From the NCBI GenBank assembly GCA_964016885.1, contig OZ024742.1, forward strand, positions 36,022,001-36,086,000: a stretch of DNA of 64,000 nucleotides, written 5' to 3'. The stretch's first letter is position 1, and every line of letters starts with the position of its first letter. This document shows, piece after piece, positions 52,960-64,000 of this stretch. Made by a program: the position numbers and the translations under genes. The notes under the pieces were generated by a model. It saw only the letters and a program-made list of their open reading frames with translations. It was not told the origin of the DNA and ran no database searches. The DNA comes from Eledone cirrhosa. Its lineage: Eukaryota.

Positions 52960-53004
52960 AGCTGACAGAGCTCTGTTTCGTACTTTTTGGTACTTATCAA
53001 AGCT
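52960..53004 (-). ncRNA. Type I hammerhead ribozyme with U3:A8 core (family I relative, element ~52835-53030)
   Basis: AGCU UUGAUAA GUAC-CAAAAA-GUAC GAAA CAGAGCUCUG UC AGCU. Confidence 0.85.
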
Positions 53005-53167
53005 AAGTACTCCACCTGTTTGCTGAAAATCATGAATGTTTGAGTCTTATAGAATTCTAGTAATAATCAGGAACTGATTATACAGAGCGGTTGCCGGTCA
53101 AGCAGAAATTGAAAATTAGAATTGGTGCTCTGAAATAGCGATATATATATGAATGGATATATATATA

Positions 53168-53279
<112 letters not shown>

Positions 53280-53309
53280 GCACAAACAGATAGACAAATA
53301 GCTAGTATA

Positions 53310-53371
<62 letters not shown>

Positions 53372-53452
53372 AGAACGACAGAGGGACAGCGAATTATACA
53401 GCGACAGAGATAGATAGGTAGAGAGCGAACGAGTGACAGTGTGAGTGTGTAT

Positions 53453-53453
<1 letters not shown>

Positions 53454-53512
<59 letters not shown>

Positions 53513-53693
53513 TGGTGGTGGTGGTGGTGGTGATGGTGTGGTGGTAGTAGTAGTAGTAGTAGTAGTGGTAGTGGTGGTGGTGGTGGTAGTGGTGTTAGTA
53601 GTAATAGTAGTAGTAGTAGTAATAGTAGTAGTTGTAGTAGTGGTGGTGGTGGTGGTGGTGGTGGTGGTGGTGGTGGTAGTAGTAGTAGTAGTA
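53454..53693. repeat. (TAG)n/(TGG)n microsatellite
   Basis: Read directly. Confidence 0.95.
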
Positions 53694-54049
53694 TGGTGCT
53701 TGGCATGTCTGCTAAGTTGGTGATATTTCTTCATAAATTTAACACATTGCTGTCATTGGATGACATGAGAATCTAATCCATACCAGTGTGTTATAATATA
53801 TGATGGATCCTCCGTCGCTTTCGATGGTGAGCATTCAGTAGCTCGATTACCCAGCTCATGAATTAACGTGTAAACTGTGGAGAATTCCACAAATATGTAT
53901 ACCCTTAATGTATTCCCAAGCTGATTCAGGGTAGCACAATATGTGACATAGCTGAACCTTTCAGCTGGCCCTTTATATGCAGATCTGCGGCCAGCACAAA
54001 TATTTTTACAGCTCAAACATGTTTTATCTTCGTAATATAAAATTTAAAA

Positions 54050-54148
54050 AATGAGTTGTAATGTGCGCAATCAGTTGTCGTGTGTGGCCCTCAGACAACA
54101 CATATGTGACCCATGTGGCCCTTTGCGATCTTCAGTTTGACATGCCTG
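54050..54148. mobile_element. hAT/Charlie-like transposon end
   Basis: ...atgtggccc...agtttgacatgcctg terminus (CAGGCATGTCAAAC in reverse); second copy at 55700-55797; partner end not found. Confidence 0.55.
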
Positions 54149-54404
54149 ATCTAAACTATATTTTAATCTGTAATCCATGTTTCATTTCTGTCTCAACTCA
54201 TTTCCTCCCCTCACTATTTCTCTCTCTCTTCCCCTCTGTGATATTTGAATCTACTATGATTTGGGCTGACCTTACTATATATGTTTTTGCATGTCAGATT
54301 CAAACTTACAATGATTGGCATTATATATATATATATAATATGTGAAATTAATAAACATTCGTTGTACTGCCTCTCTGTTTTGTCCCTGTTCAAATTTTTC
54401 CATT

Positions 54405-54498
<94 letters not shown>

Positions 54499-55025
54499 GT
54501 GTGTGTGTTTGTTAAAATAATTAAATTAAATTAATTCAACAGTTAAACACAGAGGAATAATGTTGTTACCAAAGAGCCAGAAGATTGACAAGTCGACCCT
54601 AAATATGACTAATAGTTCTAGGAAAGCCATGAACGACACATCTTTTTAACTTTGATTTTGAAAATAGGCTTATAATTATTAATTTTCATTATACTTTTGT
54701 AGTTGTGTCGGGCGCCTAGTAGGGGAAATCGTAGCCGGTGGTGATCCTGGTTTGAAGTTCGATCCTGGTCGAGAGTAGGGTTCCCGGTAAACCTTTTCAG
54801 TTTTTTGGGATGTAAAATAAAAACTGAAGAAATTACATGCACCTCTTGACCAGGATAGAACCCATAGCCAGGATCTCCATCGTCTCTAGCACCTACCGCT
54901 AGGCCACAGATACAGCAACGAAAATCTTCTGAAATTTCATATTTATAAACACCTACTTTCAACATTTTCAATACAAAATAATCTGGTGTCGTTCATGTCT
55001 TTCTTAATGTTATTGCTCCTACTTA

Positions 55026-55234
55026 CCCTTGAGCATTCACATTACTCTATATTTACTATTGTATTTTGGTAGTAAAAACTTTATCTTACATAATTATCTC
55101 ATATAATATCGAATCTATGAGATTTTGATGTTATTTATCTTGAGAATAATACCTTAACATCAGTATGAGTGGCCAGTTACAGCTGATTTGAACAGAAAGT
55201 GGTGAGACATATGGCCGGTTTGAATGCTAAAGGG
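55026..55234. mobile_element. piggyBac-like MITE
   Basis: TIRs CCCTTGAGCATTCA / TGAATGCTAAAGGG, with TTA on the left and TTAA on the right. Confidence 0.7.
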
Positions 55235-55350
55235 TTAAGGTCGACTTCGAAATCATTTGGGTGTTTCATAAACTACATCCTCGTATTGTTTCTCATCTAT
55301 CTAGACTATATTTTAACCTGTAATCCATGTTTCATCTCTGTCGCACCTCA

Positions 55351-55403
<53 letters not shown>

Positions 55404-55409
55404 CTTACA

Positions 55410-55535
55410 TAGGCGATGAGCTGGTCAGCCGCAGGTGTGAGCTCACGAGATGGAATGGCACTTCCACCGCATCTCCCTTACCATCCTCAGCGGAAACACC
55501 TTCTCCATTTTTTCCGCTGGGGCTGTGGGGCGGCC
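55410..55535 (+). pseudogene. CRE-clade 3' terminal remnant
   Basis: IGDELVSRRCE...MEWHFHRISLTILSGNTFSIFSAGAVGRP; homologous to 49675-49806 in reverse. Confidence 0.7.
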
Positions 55536-55699
55536 AGCATGTGGGACCCCCTTTGCTCACAGTACAGAGAGATGGAGAGAGCAAGAGAGATGTCAAACGA
55601 CTTCATTACTTCGAATTCATGAATGCTGCTAAAACATTTGTATGTTTCTAAATTTAAGGAACACATTTTTCTGCAATCAATTTTATTAAAGGACTTTAA

Positions 55700-55797
55700 T
55701 TAGTTCTAATGTGCACAACTAATTGTCGTGTGCATCCCTCAGATAACACATATGTGACCCATGCGGCCCTTGGGGGATCCTCAATTTGACATGCCTG
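55700..55797. mobile_element. hAT/Charlie-like transposon end
   Basis: Homologous to 54050-54148. Confidence 0.55.
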
Positions 55798-55799
55798 CT

Positions 55800-55975
55800 T
55801 TATAGCATATAGTTACGGTCCTTTATGTTCTGAGGTCAAATCCCGCCGAGGTTAACTTTGCCTTTCATCCTTACGGGGTCGATAAAATAAAGTACCAGTC
55901 ATGCACTGGGGTTCGATTTAATCGACTTTCCCCTCCCCCAAAACATTTCTGGCTTGTGCCTAAATCAGAAACCAT
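55800..55975 (+). mobile_element. tRNA-derived SINE, 5'-truncated
   Basis: Same core and tail as 6172-6388. Confidence 0.8.
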
Positions 55976-56069
55976 TATAGTATAGGAGGTGTTGTCACAA
56001 ATTGTCACACTGAATTTCCCTGTCATCTATTTTACTGATACACGTGTCAGTGAAATACTTAGTACAAGA

Positions 56070-56262
56070 TGCACTGTGCCTGTAATTCAAAGTGCCAGCC
56101 TTACCACACAATGTATCACCCTGAATCCCCCTAAGAACAATGTTTACGATGCTCAAGTATATATAATACTCAGTTACTTGCACGTTAAAATCACGGGCAG
56201 GCTGTTCTGTTGTTCGTACCATAGAAATGCTCGTCGTCGGAACAGAGGAAGATTCAACAATA
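56070..56262 (+). mobile_element. Diverged interspersed repeat, probably a SINE body or tail; inverted relative at ~53790-53965
   Basis: accctgaatc..., cacgttaa.. motifs shared in reverse with 53790-53965; family assignment is from recall only. Confidence 0.45.
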
Positions 56263-56546
56263 TTATATATGCGCAATAGCTTCTTCCAGTGTAGAAATGA
56301 AGCCAAGATGCATTTTTATTTTTTTTAAATCTGGTTTCTTATATATTTTGTTGAGGTTGTGGTTGTTATTTTGTAGTTGTTTGTGTTTGGTTTGTTTTTG
56401 TTCTTTTTCATAGAAACTTACTATCGGATTAATATCTTATCATCATTCAATGCCCCCTCTCGTTCTCGACGTTTCCCTCTTTCTTCTTGCTTTGGTGTTC
56501 TAGAAGATAACAGAGTAAAACACACACACGCGCACCCACACACATG

Positions 56547-56605
<59 letters not shown>

Positions 56606-56799
56606 ATGCATGTGTATGTCTATAATTTTACATGAGTATACATTTCTACACAAACAGATGCTCCTCTCGACATAGGTGTATATATGTATATATATATATA
56701 TATATATATGCAAAAGACAGACAGAAATAACAAGGCAAACGATACAGTACAATGAAGAGATATATTTTTAGTTTTACGCTTGATATGATAGGAAAAGTG

Positions 56800-56835
56800 T
56801 CTTAACGTTTTGGACGCTAGTCCTTCGTCAGAAAA
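56800..56835 (-). ncRNA. Decayed family A hammerhead (G12 changed to A)
   Basis: CUGACGA A GGAC-UAGC-GUCC AAAA CG UU AAGA. Confidence 0.6.
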
Positions 56836-57336
56836 TATAAAACATTTTTTAGAGAAAAATAACTAGAAAAATAACATGCTGCTATCTCTAGGAAAACTGT
56901 TGATGTTTTGTGTATGTATACTTGTTTTAAAAGGTAGTGACCGATCGAGTCTATCTGAAAGAGGAAAAAAAACGTTTTGTATATATAGCTGTGTGTGTAT
57001 GTGCGTGTATGTGTGTATTTTTATACGCTGTACGAAGCTAAGACGATATGTATGTGTGTATATGTAAGTGTAAGTGTGTTTTTTTAAGTACGAAGCCGTG
57101 AGCAAATGTGTATGTATATAAGGGTGTGTGTGTGTGCACAGAACTGTGAAGGTAAATATGAAGGTATGTGTGCGTTTTATGTTGGTCTTTATAAACAGTA
57201 AGATAGTGTGTTTCTGACCATAACAGGACCTTAGGAACCTAGGGTATGAATGTATACGCGCGTGAGTCACAACGGTCGAGGTAAAGGTGACAGTGGAAAG
57301 GGGTTGAGAAGTAAACAGAAGTGTATGTGTGTAAGA

Positions 57337-58025
57337 TTAAAGAAATTGGGGAGCGGAGTTGAGTACATTGGGGAAACTGGACACAAGGCGAAAAATCAGG
57401 TTCTGCTCAGTCCTGGTGCGCGAGGCCTGTGATCCATGATGTAAAAGAACACCAAGGACTGAGACATGTAGGCCTGGGAACGGAAATAACGAGTGATGGG
57501 GGTTTCCATACCGAGTCGTATGTCCATGAAATGTTCTACCAAACGGTCTGCCAAACGGCGTCTTGTTTGTGCGATGTATAAGGATCGGCAAAGGGAACCC
57601 CGGATGGCATAGATTACGTAGGTGGATGTGCAGATGAAGGAGTAGCAGATACGAAATGAACCATTGGTCCTTGTGAGAGGAGTAAGGTTAGAAATGAAGG
57701 GACAGGTGTTGCAGTGGGGACGAGAACAGGGGCGAGAGCTGGGTGGTGTCCTAGGAGCAGAAGGGAAGGAACTATGTACCAGGAGTTCACGGAGATTACG
57801 GGCGCACTTAAATGCGGTGATAGATGGATTTGGAAAAAAGCGAGAAGTGACGGGGTCAGAAGAGAGGATTTTTCACCGGAGAGGTGGGGTGATGGGGTAG
57901 TAGGTGATGAGGAAAGGAAAGTTGGTGCTGGGAGGGCGGAGTGGGTGAGAGGGCTGTGATACGGTCGGTTTCACGGGCACGTGTGAAGGCCGCTTGGACA
58001 GGGGTGGGGGGATATCCTCGCTGGC
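57337..58025 (-). pseudogene. Penelope-like ORF C-terminus: Cys-rich linker plus GIY-YIG endonuclease, frameshifted
   Basis: RGYPP...FKCARNLRELLVHS...PCSRPHCNTCPF...FICTSTYVIYAIRGSLCRSLYIAQTRRRLADRLVEH...RTRTEQNLIFRLVSSFPNVLN. Confidence 0.88.
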
Positions 58026-58054
58026 TGAAGCGGAAGATTACAGGTACAATCTAT

Positions 58055-58415
58055 CCGATGGGCTTCCAAACAGTTCCGTCTACCAAATTTCCCTAAACAT
58101 CTTGTACTAACTCGAGGTTATGGTAAAAAGACACTTGCTTGAGATGTCGCGCAATAAGTCGAACTTGGAAACTTAGAATTGACAAGAGAACTTTTTAATT
58201 TTAATCATTCGGTTGTCATGTTGTGTGACATAGCTGCTACTTTAAGTTGCAGGTAGAGCCCCTTTGACGGGCTTCGTTACAGTTTCTGTCTATCAAGCTT
58301 CACTCATAAGGCTTGACTCTTTCCGAGGCTATGGTAAATAAAAATACTCATATTCCACAGCAGGATCGCCTGCGAGAACTCGTGACTGCGAAGTGAATCC
58401 CTTAACTATTCGGCC
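58055..58415 (-). mobile_element. Two tandem diverged SINEs of the second family (~58055-58205, ~58265-58415)
   Basis: Both share gggcttc...acagtt.c.gtcta.caa...cgagg.tatggtaaa and have tRNA-like heads on the minus strand. Confidence 0.6.
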
Positions 58416-58803
58416 ATATTGTTTCGTCCAAAATTCATTGACGAACAAATGGGAGAAACACAGGCCGAAATATTTTGTTGTGATTCATGAATTAAAAACA
58501 ATAGTAAATATTAGCTAGCGTGGGAAATATTCCTGGTTATACTTCCATACATTCCATTCATAACATGATTCATTAGGAATAGCAGCGCCGAGCCGTATAC
58601 GCACGAAATTTAATGAACGAATTACGTGTAACAACCTCATCCATTGTGTAAATGTCGCCAAACAAATAATTGTATATATTAACAAGTTCTATTGATTTAT
58701 ATCAGAAACAAGGGGCGTTTATGCGAATGAAATAAACACTTACACATGCACATAGGCATTTATAAACACACAAACATATATATATATATATATATATAGG
58801 TAT

Positions 58804-58854
<51 letters not shown>

Positions 58855-59396
58855 AAGGGATGAATCAATAGCTGTATACACATTTGTACGTACATATAGG
58901 TGTGGGGTGTTCAGTAAGTATATATATATATATATATATATTCACATCCACACACACACATAATATACATACATGCATACACATATACATACACACATAC
59001 ATACACACATACATACATATACACACACACATACATACACACACACATACATACACACACATACATACACACACATACATACATACACACACATACATAC
59101 ACACACATACATACATACATACAAACATATTAGTCATAAAACAAAAGAAGAGGAAATGAAAATAAATGAGGTAGACTGAGAATTAAGTGAATGTAGGTGG
59201 AGCCACTGACTCAATTGATAACTGAGGTGAACATAAAACATACACACATACATACGAACACATACACCCATATACCCATGTACACATACATATGTATATA
59301 CATCCATATATTATATAGATACACAGGCCTGTACATATATATATATATATATATATTGTGTGTATCTTTATATATATATATATATAAAAGATACAC

Positions 59397-59454
<58 letters not shown>

Positions 59455-59457
<3 letters not shown>

Positions 59458-59638
59458 TGTTTCTACTTTAGGCACAAGGCCAGCAATTACCCAGTTCATT
59501 ACTGGTACTTTATTTTATCAATCCCGTAAGGATGAAAGGCAAAGTCAACCTCGGCGGGATTTGAACTCAGATCGTAAAGGGACGTAACTATGCTGGAAAG
59601 CATGGCGTCCGACCCTCTACCGATACTGCCAATCCACC

Positions 59639-59641
<3 letters not shown>
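59455..59641 (-). mobile_element. Full-length tRNA-derived SINE
   Basis: Minus strand starts ggcggtggattggcagtatcgg, then gagttcaaatcc, core and tail. Confidence 0.88.
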
Positions 59642-59677
<36 letters not shown>

Positions 59678-59733
59678 TATATAATATTAAAATACAAATA
59701 TTAATAAAATAGATGTACTTTTGATCAATTAAA

Positions 59734-59784
59734 TTTTATTATACATATTTCAGAGGTACAACAGTACGTCCTCATCAGACAAAA
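59734..59784 (-). ncRNA. Minimal type I hammerhead ribozyme (family G-like)
   Basis: UUUUGU CUGAUGA GGA-C-GUAC-UGUU-GUAC-C-UCU GAAA UAUGUA UA AUAAAA. Confidence 0.75.
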
Positions 59785-59935
59785 TATAATGATACATGAC
59801 ATACCCTGAGATGTTAAATGGTTAATATTTAATCAAGGTAGTGATTAACCTAAGAGAAAACTCAACATTTATACCCTAATAATGAGAAAATGTACTCATT
59901 GAATCTTGTTTAACTCTTTAATATATATATATATA

Positions 59936-60116
59936 AGACTTTTTTCAAATTCTACACCGCCCGTCCCTTCAATCTATCTTATTTCTCATTCTTATTTCTG
60001 ATGAAGGACTAGCGTCCGAAACGTTAAGACCCCCTTCCTGCTATTTCTACCATTAACCTAATATATTCCTTCCATATACTGTATCGATTGAGTTGTTATT
60101 TATGTTTACCTTTTAC
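59936..60116 (+). mobile_element. Family A pLTR fragment with HHR at ~59994-60029
   Basis: CTGATGA A GGAC TAGC GTCC GAAA CGTT AAGA; aligns to 655-837. Confidence 0.75.
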
Positions 60117-60185
60117 ACACACACACACACACACACACATATTATGTGTTATAGAATCTTGAGTTGATCAATCGCGTCGGTTGAA

Positions 60186-60340
60186 GCAAGCAGAATTTTG
60201 CCTGCTTGCTAAATCGTAGACACATAAAAAGATAACATACACACACACACACACACATACACACAAACACACGACAGCTTTGGGGCAAGCAGAATTTTGA
60301 CTGCTTACTAAATCGTAGACACATAAAAAGATAACACACA
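60186..60340. repeat. Local direct duplication (~50-bp unit plus (CA)n, ~100-bp period)
   Basis: gcaagcagaattttg.ctgctt.ctaaatcgtagacacataaaaagataaca occurs twice. Confidence 0.8.
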
Positions 60341-60506
60341 CACACACACACACACACACTAGATAACACTACATGCGGCTTTGACCGGGAGGGTCATTTA
60401 GAGGGAATTGGGGGGGGGGGTAATGGTGCACAACCCCACTTTCCGCCATGGCGATTGGACTGCATGCCCTGCTTTCCAGGTTACCCTTCGCCACTGATAC
60501 ATATAC

Positions 60507-60576
<70 letters not shown>

Positions 60577-60636
60577 CATGTTGTGAGCTAAGCAGCCGAA
60601 GTGTATGATAAACATGATATCTGTATATATACATAG

Positions 60637-60780
60637 AGGCGGCGAATTGGCAGGTCGTTAGATAGAATGTTTTATGGTATTCCTTCCAGCTCTCTCCTTC
60701 AAATCCCGCCGAGGTCAACTTTGCCTTTCATCCTTTCGAGGTCAATAAAAAAGTACCAGTCTAGTACTGGAGTCAATTCT
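60637..60780 (+). mobile_element. Diverged tRNA-derived SINE
   Basis: ggcggcgaattggcag head, ttcaaatcccgccgaggtcaactttgcctttcatcc core. Confidence 0.75.
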
Positions 60781-61139
60781 CCCTGTATATCTCTTTCTCA
60801 TTTCCTCTGCTGTACTCAGGCCCGGAGAGGGATGGGCTCTGCCAGGATTCAAAAATGCCCAATAAACGCCGTATGTCAATACAGTGCCCCAACAACTCTA
60901 TCGGGAGTTATAGGACCATACATACATATTCATTATAGAAGTAACCGAGATTGCGCTAATGTGTATATAAATTTATACATCTTTACTATATAGACTAAAT
61001 ATACGTATTTACCTATAAATTGAAAACAAAAATTATAAACGCATGTAACTAATTTTCAAGCATTGTTGGGCTTTCAACAGAAGCCATGTTTATCTTCTTA
61101 ACTACAGATAATCGAGGGGCTAATATACCCTATGACATA

Positions 61140-61720
61140 TAATTGTTTCTACTTTTGACACAAGGTACTTTATTTTATCGACCCCGTAAGAATGAAAAGC
61201 AAAGTTAACCTCGGCGGGATTTGAACTCAGAAAGGCAAGGGCCGTAACTCTATGCGTCAAAGCATAGCGTCCGACCCTCTACCGACACTGCCAATCCACC
61301 GCCTATGACATGTAATAATTGTTTCTACTTTTGGCACAAGGCCAGCAATTATCCCAGTGCATTACTGGTACTTAATTTTATCGACCCCGTAAGGATGAAA
61401 GGCAAAGTTAACCTCGGCGAGATTTGAACTCAGTCCGTAAAGGGATGTTACTCTGTGCTTCAAAGCATGGCGTCCGACCCTCTATGTAATAATATCCTGA
61501 AATGTGCGTAGAAATTTGAATATTGTTAGTGTTGATTTTCAGTATCGGTAGAGGGTTGGACGCCTTGCTTTCCAGCATAGTTACGCCCCTTTACGAACTG
61601 AGTTCAAATCCCGCCGAGGTTAACTTTGCCTTTCTCATCCTTACGTGGTCGATAAAATAAAGTACCAGTAATGTGCTGGGATAATTGCTGGCCTTGTGCC
61701 AAAAGTAGAAACAATTATTA
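61140..61720. mobile_element. Three SINEs: ~61140-61303 (-), ~61315-61483 (-), ~61540-61720 (+)
   Basis: Same family as 59455-59641. Confidence 0.88.
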
Positions 61721-62104
61721 GTGCTTAAGCTGGTAGTTAATTAAGAGATATATTAAGTTGCGCACTGGGCTGCCGGAGTATATGATATAATTAAATGTGT
61801 ATATATATAGAATAGAAGTAACGGAAACTGTATATATGTGTACATTTTTATATACTTATTATAGGAGAATATATACATTTGGCATGTTTACATGATTCTA
61901 TAATAAGAATGAGTAAATCTATATACAAATTGACGCAGTTTTGGTTAATGCTCTTCTGTGTATATATATTACTTTATCTCTATATATATGGAGATATAAA
62001 AGATACAGAAGGGAAAACATACCAAACAATATGACTCTCCCCAAGTATAACAATATATATATATATGTGTGTGTGTGGGGGGGTGTGTCTGTGTCTGTGT
62101 CTGT

Positions 62105-62180
<76 letters not shown>

Positions 62181-62186
<6 letters not shown>

Positions 62187-62372
62187 GGTAAACAACGCAA
62201 TCGGTACAGTATATGGAAGGTATATATTAGGTTAACGTTTGATATAGCAGGAAGAGAGTCTTAACGTTTCGGACGCTAGTCCTTCATCAGAAGAAATAAT
62301 GAGAAATAAGATAGATTGAGGGGACGGGCGGGTTGGAATTGGAAAAAAATGTCTTCAGATAAAAATAACAGG
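62181..62372 (-). mobile_element. Family A pLTR fragment with HHR at 62259-62294
   Basis: Reverse complement of 641-837; UCUU CUGAUGA A GGAC-UAGC-GUCC GAAA CGUU AAGA; abuts (GT)n. Confidence 0.8.
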
Positions 62373-62633
62373 TCCATTGATGTTGACATCTCTTGCAAAA
62401 CTGTTGGTGCTGGCGTTTTGTGTATATATATATACACAATACATATGTATATATAGAATATAGAAACGGCTTCTACAGGACTAGAACTGTTTCATTCGAG
62501 GGAAGTCATCATATTTATATTCGGCTATGTATTGCGTACCTTACTTACTGTGGTTACCCCCGATTGAACCCGGGATACACACACAAACACTCAGGCACAC
62601 ACATGTATGTGTGTGTATGTATGTATATGTATG

Positions 62634-62702
<69 letters not shown>

Positions 62703-62759
62703 CTTATATACATAATGATTGCTTTATCCTGTCAGGTGACACCTGTCTTAGCATGATCT

Positions 62760-64000
62760 CAATCCCTCCAGCAAATTTACACCCTCCCATGAGAGCGGAT
62801 GTGAATTTTCAATCTAATAAGTCATTTAGAAGGTCTTTAGTACAAGTAACAGATGTATGCCAATGTATATACTGGATGTGGAATTTCATGTTAAACTTTC
62901 ATATGGCGTTTTAATCCGGAGGTTGTCTTACATATCTTGCTATAAAGTTGACAAGTAGTCACATCTGGAGGTGCTGGGAGATTTGAAACATTATCTGCTT
63001 GTGTCGTTGTAGTTCATGCATTTTCATATATTTACAAAACCGGTTTTAGAGAGGACACGGTGACAGAAATAGCAATTTCCTATAATCTATATTTTCAAAC
63101 CCTGCCAACTCAACCTTTCTTAGTGCCCCTTTTAATTCTGCTTTTGCTTTTTTCGTTTCATCCAATAATTGACACCCTGATTTAATTGTCTTTCTTCGTG
63201 TATTACGATCAAAAGCTTGCTTTTCCCATTGATTTATATTTAAACCCAGATATTTTACATTTTCCTTAAAACAGTCTTTGTACCTTTTCTTAGGCTCATT
63301 CTGTTGTCTTTTTCCTTGCACAAGCTAACCTTAAAAGATTTCCTTTGGAACCCTTGCATCGTTCAAGCGAACAAGTTACCCTACTTAGCGCACCAGACTC
63401 TTAATAACAAGGGAACTGATTGTAGAACACCTAGGTCTTTGTAAAACTTCAGTGTCAAGTGTCATGTTACTCCATTAATACCTAGGATCTGCTGAAGGCA
63501 CTTTTGCTGGAATGTTTCAAGTATCTTGAAATGCCGCTTCACACCCATACAACATACTGTAAGCACACGTGCCTCATACACAGTTACTTTTTGTCCTCAA
63601 TGTTATGCCTCTGTCTGACCACACCCTTTTCACTAATTTTCCAAAATGGAACACTTGCCTTCTATAATTGAAGATGTATTTCTGCATCTAAACTTCCGTC
63701 CCTTGACAGAGTACTACCTAGATAAACAATAGCGTCCATCATCGGCAGCCTAGACCCATTCACATATATATTTAACACAATATAAGGTTTTCTGGTGCTG
63801 GAGTGTACATCACCATGTTCTTAGTTTATCTTACAGTGAGAGCCCAAAGAGGACATTCTTAAGAACATTTATCCATCGTGTACTACATGTCAGATTCCAA
63901 GTGTACAACAAAGTCTGCATCGTCTCGAATTAATACATTGAATGTCACAGATATATTATTGAATCTTCTTGAATTAAAGACTTGACCTTATGTTCGGAAA
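62760..64000 (-). pseudogene. RTE/BovB-like LINE remnant (RT C-terminal half plus C2H2-like fingers), continuing beyond the window
   Basis: DDADFVVH (YADD-like), YLGSTLSRDGSLDAEI, FGKLVKRVWSDRGIT, LYGCE, PKKRYKDCFKENVK..WEKQAFDR; many stops and frameshifts. Confidence 0.85.

Larger units (their letters stand above)
56710..58035 (-). mobile_element. 5'-truncated Penelope-like element (Neptune-type) with 3' tail and family A HHR
   Basis: GIY-YIG ORF end, then a ~500-bp tail, then the family A HHR and terminus at (TA)n. Confidence 0.85.

Noticed and set aside
53070-53150. Hammerhead (CTGATTA...AGAGC/GCTCT GAAA), with a related stub at ~13925-13965
   Set aside because: Core mismatch at position 8 and no stem I.
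62478-62515. Hammerhead on the minus strand (AUGAUGA CUUC..GAAU GAAAC)
   Set aside because: C3 is missing and stems I and II are poor.

Overview
This is repeat-saturated, AT-rich animal DNA with no intact host gene that I can support. The SINE types resemble those I recall from octopus/coleoid cephalopods, which is inference. About 28 kb is satellite: a 29-bp array at 9896-13040 with a 373-bp higher-order repeat, and a ~25-kb (GGT)-derived 30/48-bp array at ~24390-49378. These arrays explain the very long ORFs in the track. The other ~36 kb is (TA)n/(CA)n/(GA)n microsatellites plus SINEs, an internally deleted Helitron, MITEs, and remnants of R4/Dong-, CRE-, RTE- and Penelope-type retroelements. 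The main signal is about 25 type I hammerhead ribozyme (HHR) motifs, read by eye on both strands, from roughly 15 unrelated small non-coding families that mostly abut (TA)n tracts. They occur in three architectures: inverted-repeat (Penelope pLTR-like) elements; terminally redundant 628-nt and 440-nt monomers with one HHR; and a dual-HHR element predicting a 478-nt cleaved, possibly circular RNA (retrozyme-like). Four motifs carry the compensatory U3:A8 core. One family is physically linked to a Penelope GIY-YIG ORF. All structures are hand-folded, and catalytic activity is untested.
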